A stretch of 64,000 nt of DNA, taken from positions 2,987-66,986 of the forward strand of contig CAZTIP010000003.1 of NCBI GenBank assembly GCA_964613185.1. Direction: 5' to 3'. The stretch's first letter is position 1. The number at the start of each line of letters is the position of its first letter. The translations under genes were made by a program, and so were the position numbers. The notes under the pieces are model-generated. The model was given only the letters and a program-made list of their open reading frames with translations, was not told where the DNA came from and searched no databases. The DNA is from Candidatus Woesearchaeota archaeon (GTDB lineage Archaea; Nanobdellota; Nanobdellia; Pacearchaeales; GW2011-AR1). Shown one piece after another: positions 29,396 to 35,651 of this stretch.

Positions 29396-30052
29396 TTAAC
29401 AACCACCAACCATACCCCCACTGGCTTGGGAACCTTTTTCAATACCCCTATATTTATTACTCGCTAAATTAATATAATCTTTTGAATCAATTCCCTGAGC
29501 TTCTAAAGCAGCTGCCTTAGCTTCATGAATTCCTGGGAAGAACAACACTTTCCATTTTCCAATTTCTGCCAAAATTTCTTCATTAGTATAATCATCACCA
29601 TGTTCAACAACTAAATATTTCCCAAGTCCCCTCATTGCATAACTATGTGCACATCCACATGCAGCACTACCGTCATCAAAAATAATCGATTTTGCACCAC
29701 AACAATATTCGCAACTAATTTCACTTGTTATATCTATATATCTTTGTAGATTATCTCCCGTAAGTTCCATTGTTCTATCCAAATTACTCATTACCCCAAT
29801 TGTAGCATCTGCTTGAAGAGGGTCACTCGCAGAAACATCATCATAACTAACTCCCAATTCAACACCATAAATCTCGGGAACACCAGTAGGAATTATTTCG
29901 CTAGAACTTCCAGAAGGAACATTCCCCAACCCGGAAGAATATCCAGAAAGTAAAATACTATTATAAGAAAACAAAACAATCAAAACTACTAATGCAACAA
30001 TCGCAACAACTTCTGCATTTCCCATTTTAAATTTCTTTTTTGAGTTAACCAT
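29396..30052 (-). CDS. Membrane-anchored Cys-motif protein ending GMVGGC
   Basis: TM, SCEYCCG...ACGCAHSYAM, C-terminal GGMVGGC. Confidence 0.75.
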   Translation of the reverse strand: MVNSKKKFKMGNAEVVAIVALVVLIVLFSYNSILLSGYSSGLGNVPSGSSSEIIPTGVPEIYGVELGVSYDDVSASDPLQADATIGVMSNLDRTMELTGDNLQRYIDITSEISCEYCCGAKSIIFDDGSAACGCAHSYAMRGLGKYLVVEHGDDYTNEEILAEIGKWKVLFFPGIHEAKAAALEAQGIDSKDYINLASNKYRGIEKGSQASGGMVGGC

Positions 30053-30073
30053 AATAAATTTAGAAATAAATAG

Positions 30074-30105
30074 TATTTAAACAATTTGGTGAAACTAGTT
30101 TCATT
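30074..30105 (-). promoter_or_regulatory. Promoter with palindromic candidate operator TGAAACTAGTTTCA upstream of BRE/TATA
   Basis: 32-bp block nearly identical (2 mismatches) to 31578-31609. Confidence 0.75.
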
Positions 30106-30135
30106 CAAATATAAAAAGATAAATTAACAGCTTCA

Positions 30136-31146
30136 TTAAATAGCCGAATAAATTTTAAAATTCTCCTTGCCATCAACTTCCAAAACTCCTAAGGCTCCTT
30201 TATCCAATCTTGCCAAAGCATGATCTACAAGTAAATAATTTCCTGGAACTTCTAAATCAAATTCTACTACCGTAGCCCCTCCAGCAGGAACAATAGTAGT
30301 CTGAATATTTTTATGAATTGAAGAAAAAGAAGCCTCGGGATAAACTTTATCAAAAATCTCTCCAATTACATGAAATGAGGAAATTAAAGAAACTCCTGCA
30401 TTTCCAAAATAAATCCTGACCCTTTCCCCAACTTTTGCCTTTAATGGATTTTCCACCAATGCAGATTTTTTCCCATTAAAAATTACATAATTAGGATTTT
30501 CGGAATCCAACCTGGAATAATCAAACTTCATCAACCCATTTTCTCCAATAACATACAATTCTCCTTGAACAACATAAAATTCCTTATCAACTTTAGACAA
30601 TCCTTCTTTAGGCTCTACCAAAATCATTCCGTACATTCCATTAGCTATATGTTCTGGAATAATTTGCGTTGCACAATGATAAACAAAAAGTCCCGGATTA
30701 ATAGCTTTAAATCTAAATGTCTTAGTTTCTCCAGGTTCAACTTGGGTCAAAACAGCTCCACCTCCCGGACCGGTAACTGCATGCAAATCAATAGAATGAG
30801 GGTTTTTACTTGATTCATCATTTTTCAAAGTCATTTCAACAGTATCTCCTTCTCTAACTCTAATCAAAGGTCCAGGAATTGCACCCCCATAAGTCCAATA
30901 ATCATAAAAAACTCCTGGTTCAATTTCTGAAGAAACTTCTTTAGCAATTAAAGAAATTTTTACAACATCCTCATAATCTCTTTCAATTTTCAAAGGCATT
31001 GATGAAGCACTTAACGAAATATCTTCAACAACTTCTAAATCGCTAGATTCAAAAGAAATCCCGGAATTATCATAAAAAAGAATAGAAAAAATTCCGAAAG
31101 ATAAAACAAGAATTCCTAGAAAAATAAAAATAGGTTTAAATCTCAT
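30136..31146 (-). CDS. nirK: Copper-containing nitrite reductase (AniA/NirK-type), N-terminally anchored
   Basis: PHSIDLHAVTGPGGG, YHCAT..HIANGMYG, SSFHVIGEIFD, LVDH. Confidence 0.9.
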   Translation of the reverse strand: MRFKPIFIFLGILVLSFGIFSILFYDNSGISFESSDLEVVEDISLSASSMPLKIERDYEDVVKISLIAKEVSSEIEPGVFYDYWTYGGAIPGPLIRVREGDTVEMTLKNDESSKNPHSIDLHAVTGPGGGAVLTQVEPGETKTFRFKAINPGLFVYHCATQIIPEHIANGMYGMILVEPKEGLSKVDKEFYVVQGELYVIGENGLMKFDYSRLDSENPNYVIFNGKKSALVENPLKAKVGERVRIYFGNAGVSLISSFHVIGEIFDKVYPEASFSSIHKNIQTTIVPAGGATVVEFDLEVPGNYLLVDHALARLDKGALGVLEVDGKENFKIYSAI

Positions 31147-31556
31147 TTATCATCTACCATAAAATAACCCCCCATACTTAAATGTCCAGGTCCGCACATC
31201 ACAGAACAAGTAAGTCTTACCTTTCCAGGTTTTGTAACTTTAAATTTAATAATTTTAACTTGCCCGGGAGAAATTCTTTCATTTATATCATAACCTGAAA
31301 TAAAAATTCCATGAGTTACATCCGAACTAGTAACTTTAAGACGAAGAGTATCCCCAACTTTTGCAGAAATATTATGTTCAAAGCCAAGTTTATTAATCAC
31401 AACATCAAATTCTTTAACTTCGCCAGAATCGCCAATTCCAAAAATAATTGATAATAAAATACTTGTGACAAAAACTAATGTAAAAACCAAAGATTTATTT
31501 AAATCTTTAAATTTAAACTTGTTTCCATTTATGGACTTTTTTTTCGAAATCTTCAT
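31143..31556 (-). CDS. Membrane-anchored CuA-type cupredoxin (CoxII/NosZ C-terminal-like domain)
   Basis: DVTHG ... CSVMCGPGHLSM CuA ligand pattern; ATGA overlap with nirK. Confidence 0.85.
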   Translation of the reverse strand: MKISKKKSINGNKFKFKDLNKSLVFTLVFVTSILLSIIFGIGDSGEVKEFDVVINKLGFEHNISAKVGDTLRLKVTSSDVTHGIFISGYDINERISPGQVKIIKFKVTKPGKVRLTCSVMCGPGHLSMGGYFMVDDK

Positions 31557-31577
31557 AAATTAATTAAAATCACTTAT

Positions 31578-31609
31578 TATTTAAATAATTTGGCGAAACT
31601 AGTTTCATT
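31578..31609 (-). promoter_or_regulatory. Promoter with palindromic candidate operator GAAACTAGTTTC upstream of BRE/TATA
   Basis: Second copy of the 30074-30105 block, ahead of the cupredoxin-nirK pair. Confidence 0.75.
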
Positions 31610-32081
31610 TCAAAACAATAATATTATTCATCCCTTTTCTCTTCCTTTCAATAATCTGTTTAGCCTCAAGTTTATCCATCAAACGAGTTATTTTAACCTT
31701 ACTAGAATTAATTTCTTCCATCAAATCCTTCTGGAGAAAACTTCCATTTTCCCTTTTTAAAATTTCAACAACTTTCTTTTCATCGAAATCTAACCCCTTT
31801 AAATCTATTTTCTTTTCCTTAACTCGTTCCTTAACTTTTTTAACTATGATTTTTTCAGATTCCTTTGAAAAAATAAGGAATACACCTATAAAGAAAACTA
31901 ATCCTGCAATCGCCAAACTAAGGTTTGTTTGCATTGCAAGAGTATCATACATCTGACAAGTTTCTCCATGAGTGCAAGTATCTGCAACAATTTTTTTTAA
32001 AGCAGAATTAAAGAGTGAAATAATTATTCCAATAAAAATAGAAATCCCAACAATCAAAAACCCTACATTCTTGTTTTTCAT
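31605..32081 (-). CDS. Two-TM membrane-anchored winged-helix (MarR-like) regulator
   Basis: TM-loop(CTHGETCQM)-TM then QKDL...SKVKITRLMDKLEAKQIIERKRKGMNN wHTH. Confidence 0.85.
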   Translation of the reverse strand: MKNKNVGFLIVGISIFIGIIISLFNSALKKIVADTCTHGETCQMYDTLAMQTNLSLAIAGLVFFIGVFLIFSKESEKIIVKKVKERVKEKKIDLKGLDFDEKKVVEILKRENGSFLQKDLMEEINSSKVKITRLMDKLEAKQIIERKRKGMNNIIVLK

Positions 32082-32143
32082 AAACTAGATAAATCTTTAA
32101 CCTATATAAAACTTTATAAGTAAAAATTAGCTTTCAAAACTAT

Positions 32144-32227
32144 GTGGGGATGCCGGAGTGGCCAAACGGGCTGGACTTAAGATCCAGTAGCTTAGTGCTT
32201 ACGGGGGTTCGAATCCTCCTCCCCACA
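32144..32227 (+). tRNA. tRNA-Leu(TAA)
   Basis: GTGGGGA/TCCCCAC acceptor, CTGGA-CTTAAGA-TCCAG, long variable arm, GGTTCGAATCC. Confidence 0.95.
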
Positions 32228-32258
32228 TATCCCTAATTTTCAAACAATTAATTTCAAA

Positions 32259-32852
32259 CTAATTCTTCCTAGAAAAAAATTTCCAAACAAAATATTGAAA
32301 TAATTGAGTAGGTAAAACAATAAGTAAAAAGGCAATTGGAACCCAAAGAATTGAAAGGTTATCTGTTTCGAAAAAATTACTAAAAAGGAAAACATAATTA
32401 GGATTATCTATCGGATTTGAAAATAAAGAAACAAAAAAGTAAATTAAAATAGTAATGCCAAAAGAATAATAAAGAGAAATTTTAGAAGGTTTAATTTTAT
32501 AAGTAAAGAAGAATGCAAAAAAAGTAGATGCATGAAAAAATAAAGTCAATAAAATAATAAAGGGAGGAACCCTTAATAAAAATTCAACACCTTCAAAAAA
32601 AGAAATTCCGGAGAAAACCAAAATAAGAACGCTCACAAAATAAATAGTTTGAGGAATTAATCCCAAATTGATAACACCTTTAATAAATTGTTCATCATCC
32701 AAAAAAAACCCAAGAGCATACAAAACAATAACAAAGTCACAAAGCCAAAAAAAGTAAATATAATCAATAAGAACATTTCGAACTACTGCAACAATTTGTA
32801 AGAGTACAAAGAAAACTCCTGCAAGAAAATAAAAATCTCTCTTTCTCATCAA
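32259..32852 (-). CDS. Multi-pass membrane protein
   Basis: ~6 TM helices, FFWLCD, H, NPNYVF motifs. Confidence 0.7.
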   Translation of the reverse strand: MMRKRDFYFLAGVFFVLLQIVAVVRNVLIDYIYFFWLCDFVIVLYALGFFLDDEQFIKGVINLGLIPQTIYFVSVLILVFSGISFFEGVEFLLRVPPFIILLTLFFHASTFFAFFFTYKIKPSKISLYYSFGITILIYFFVSLFSNPIDNPNYVFLFSNFFETDNLSILWVPIAFLLIVLPTQLFQYFVWKFFSRKN

Positions 32853-32938
32853 ATCTAAAAGAAAAACCCCCTTATATAATTTTAGAAAAATTTTGATAGG
32901 AATTGGAAATAGAAATTGCTAAAGTAAGGATTGGAAAA

Positions 32939-33014
32939 TAGCGAGAGCGGGATTTGAACCACGCGACCTTGAGGTTATGGGCCTCACGAGCTGACCAGAC
33001 TGCTCCATCTCGCT
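32939..33014 (-). tRNA. tRNA-Met(CAT), initiator-type
   Basis: A1-U72 (AGCGAGA/TCTCGCT), G11-C24-type D stem, anticodon loop CCCATAA, GGTTCAAATCC. Confidence 0.88.
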
Positions 33015-33067
33015 ATAAAATTAACTATTGGAAAAGCATTATAAAGCTTTCTCTTCTTTAATTAATC

Positions 33068-33724
33068 ATGACAAAAATTATAGGGATTGATGATGCAGGG
33101 AGAGGTCCGGTTTTAGGACCAATGATTTTAGCAGGAGTTTTAGTCGAAGAAAAAGATAATGAAATAATAAAATCGTGGGGGGCAAAAGATTCTAAATTAT
33201 TAACTCCAAAAAAAAGAGCAGAAATAAAAGAAAAAATATTAACTAATTTCAAGAATCACATAGAAATTTCACTGCCTATAGAAATTGATGAATCTTCAAA
33301 TTTAAATTATCTAGAAGCAATAAAAACTGCAATGATTATAAATAAATTATCCGAAAATCAAGAAGAAGAAATAAAAGTTTTTGTAGATTGTCCATCCACC
33401 AATATAGAAAGTTGGTCAAATGATGTTCAAAAATTAATAAAAAATCCTGAAAAAATAATTTTAATTTGCGAACACAAAGCAGATTTAAATCATCCAGTAG
33501 TTTCTGCTGCTTCAATTCTTGCAAAAGAAAAAAGAGAAAATGAATTAAAAAAATTAAGGGAGGAATTGGAAATTGATTTTGGAAGCGGATATCCTGCAGA
33601 TCCAAAAACAAAAAAATTCTTAAGAGAAAATTTTCAAAACGAAAAATATGCAAAAATAATTCGTTTCTCTTGGAAAACTGTTAAAAAATTATTCGAGAGA
33701 AAATCTCAAGAAAAATTATTCTAG
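33068..33724 (+). CDS. rnhB: Ribonuclease HII
   Basis: GIDDAGRGPVLGP, DSK, KAD..HPVVSAASILAK, GSGYP. Confidence 0.93.
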   Translation: MTKIIGIDDAGRGPVLGPMILAGVLVEEKDNEIIKSWGAKDSKLLTPKKRAEIKEKILTNFKNHIEISLPIEIDESSNLNYLEAIKTAMIINKLSENQEEEIKVFVDCPSTNIESWSNDVQKLIKNPEKIILICEHKADLNHPVVSAASILAKEKRENELKKLREELEIDFGSGYPADPKTKKFLRENFQNEKYAKIIRFSWKTVKKLFERKSQEKLF

Positions 33725-33756
33725 AATAAAAAAATAAAAAAATAAAATTTTGATTA

Positions 33757-33975
33757 TTAGCCTAAATCTATATCTAAATCTATATCTAAAAAATCAAGTT
33801 CAGATTCAATACTCTCTAAATCTGTCAAATCCTGAGTAAGAGAATCAAGTTCCCCCTCACTCAAAACTTCTGAATTTGCAGAGTTATTTGATGAACCGCC
33901 ATCCATAATTAGATATCCCGTTCCAGCAACTAACAAAAGGACAAATCCTAAAACTAATAAATTTTTTGATTCCAT
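33757..33975 (-). CDS. Small membrane-anchored acidic protein
   Basis: N-terminal TM, acidic tail; TAATG coupling to upstream gene. Confidence 0.65.
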   Translation of the reverse strand: MESKNLLVLGFVLLLVAGTGYLIMDGGSSNNSANSEVLSEGELDSLTQDLTDLESIESELDFLDIDLDIDLG

Positions 33976-34811
33976 TAGTTTGTTTTAATTTCTTTTACAA
34001 TTTTCTTCAAATCTTTGTAAGAATTTCTTAAATATTGATTTGCCTCTTTTACAAAAGCATTTCCTTCCTTAAACAATCTGTCTGCGTCTTGAATATTTTC
34101 AATTTCTACATACTTATCCTTAGCATTTTGATGATTTTCTTTAGCTAAATCAATCTTTTCATTAAAATCGATTAACCAAGCTTCTAAATCAGTAGTATCT
34201 TTTCCTTTTGCCTTAAGTCTGTCAACTTTGCTTTCTATTTTCTCAGATGCAGTTTCTGCATCACTAATTAAAGACAAAAGTTTAGAGTTCATTACTTCTC
34301 CGACAATTCTTTTAGCAGAAGGTTTTACTTTTTGCCATCGATTTTTTATGACCTTTGCAATTTCTTTAAGTTCTTCTTTAGTTGTAGCATCATTTATTTC
34401 GGATTGCTTTCCTTCAAGCCAAGAAATATCGGAAATCAATTCGTTATGAATTCTTGTTTTATCAGAATCACTCAAACTAGGTTCTCCTTCAACATAGGAA
34501 TCAATCATTTTCAAATAACTAATCAAAGTTTTATCTGCTTTTAATAAGAAATTTTTTCCTTTATCTAAAGCACCTTGAAGATCATCTGAATTTTTGTACC
34601 TCTTATATTTATCTCTTGCAGTTACCCAATCTTTTTTAGCACCTGTGTAAAAATTCTTAGTTTTAAGATATTCAACTTTAGCAGCATTATATTTACTTAC
34701 CGCAGTTTTATCCCACTCTCCAAGAGTTTTCGCACTAGTTATTGGAACAATACTAAACAAAAATATCGCCATTACCAAAACAGCACAGATTTTTGATGTT
34801 TGTGTTTTCAT
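33975..34811 (-). CDS. Secreted alpha-helical/coiled-coil protein
   Basis: Signal peptide, heptad-rich helical body, GGAGGT RBS. Confidence 0.75.
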   Translation of the reverse strand: MKTQTSKICAVLVMAIFLFSIVPITSAKTLGEWDKTAVSKYNAAKVEYLKTKNFYTGAKKDWVTARDKYKRYKNSDDLQGALDKGKNFLLKADKTLISYLKMIDSYVEGEPSLSDSDKTRIHNELISDISWLEGKQSEINDATTKEELKEIAKVIKNRWQKVKPSAKRIVGEVMNSKLLSLISDAETASEKIESKVDRLKAKGKDTTDLEAWLIDFNEKIDLAKENHQNAKDKYVEIENIQDADRLFKEGNAFVKEANQYLRNSYKDLKKIVKEIKTN

Positions 34812-34940
34812 TTTTTTACCTCCCTGAAATTTAATTCAACCATAAAAAACCTTAGGATTTTTTATTTATAAGAATACTTTTCTAAAGCTTCATAAAGCTT
34901 TCTTCGAAAGTTTATTAAAAGGTTTTAACTTTTTAATCCA

Positions 34941-35606
34941 ATGAGAAAAAGAATAATTATTTTTTTAATATTTTCTTTTATTTTTATAAATTTTGTAGAA
35001 GCGTCATCTTTAAAGGGAACAACTTACGGGCCAGATTTGGAAATTTTAACAAACACACTAATCGATATAGAATCTGATTCAAAACAATCATATGTATCAA
35101 AAAATGGGGAATACCAATTCAATTTAGAATCTGGAAATTACATAATTGAAGCAGAGTACTATTTAGAAGGACTCTTGCTTTATTCAAGTGAAGAAAATAT
35201 CACAATCAACGGAGAAAACGAAATAATATTTGATTTAATATTATTCCCTTCAAGTCAAGAAAACATTTTTGAGGATTATCCTGAATTCGACAACAGCACA
35301 TTTAACCAAGAGGATAATTTCAGAGATTATATTTTAATGATTTTAATTTTATTATTTCTTTCAATTTTATATTTAAAAAAAGATTCATTAAAAAAATTAT
35401 TAAAAAAACCAGAAATTCCTGAAGATTTAAAAGAAGTTATAAAAATAATTCAAGAAAATGGAAAAAGAATAAATCAAAAAGAATTAAGAAAAAGGTTGCC
35501 ATATTCTGAAGCAAAAACTAGTTTAATTATTGCGGATCTAGAATCAAGAAAGTTAATTAAAAAAATAAAACGTGGAAGGGGAAATATTCTCTTCCTAAGA
35601 AATTAA
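34941..35606 (+). CDS. Membrane-anchored wHTH regulator with extracellular beta-sandwich domain
   Basis: Signal peptide, carboxypeptidase-regulatory-like domain, TM, QKELRK..SEAKTSLIIADLE..KKIKRGRGN. Confidence 0.8.
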   Translation: MRKRIIIFLIFSFIFINFVEASSLKGTTYGPDLEILTNTLIDIESDSKQSYVSKNGEYQFNLESGNYIIEAEYYLEGLLLYSSEENITINGENEIIFDLILFPSSQENIFEDYPEFDNSTFNQEDNFRDYILMILILLFLSILYLKKDSLKKLLKKPEIPEDLKEVIKIIQENGKRINQKELRKRLPYSEAKTSLIIADLESRKLIKKIKRGRGNILFLRN

Positions 35607-35651
35607 TCCAAATCAACAAATCCTTAAAAACCCTTTAAACTTATTTCTCTC

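Noticed and set aside
29395..29442. Track's 5' extension of the MVGGC peptide overlapping the upstream gene
   Set aside because: ATG at 29394 directly after the upstream stop gives a cleaner coupled start
23592..32143. Copper cluster as a tRNA-integrated mobile island
   Set aside because: It lies between two tRNAs, but both face it with their 5' ends, and no integrase, transposase or att direct repeat is visible
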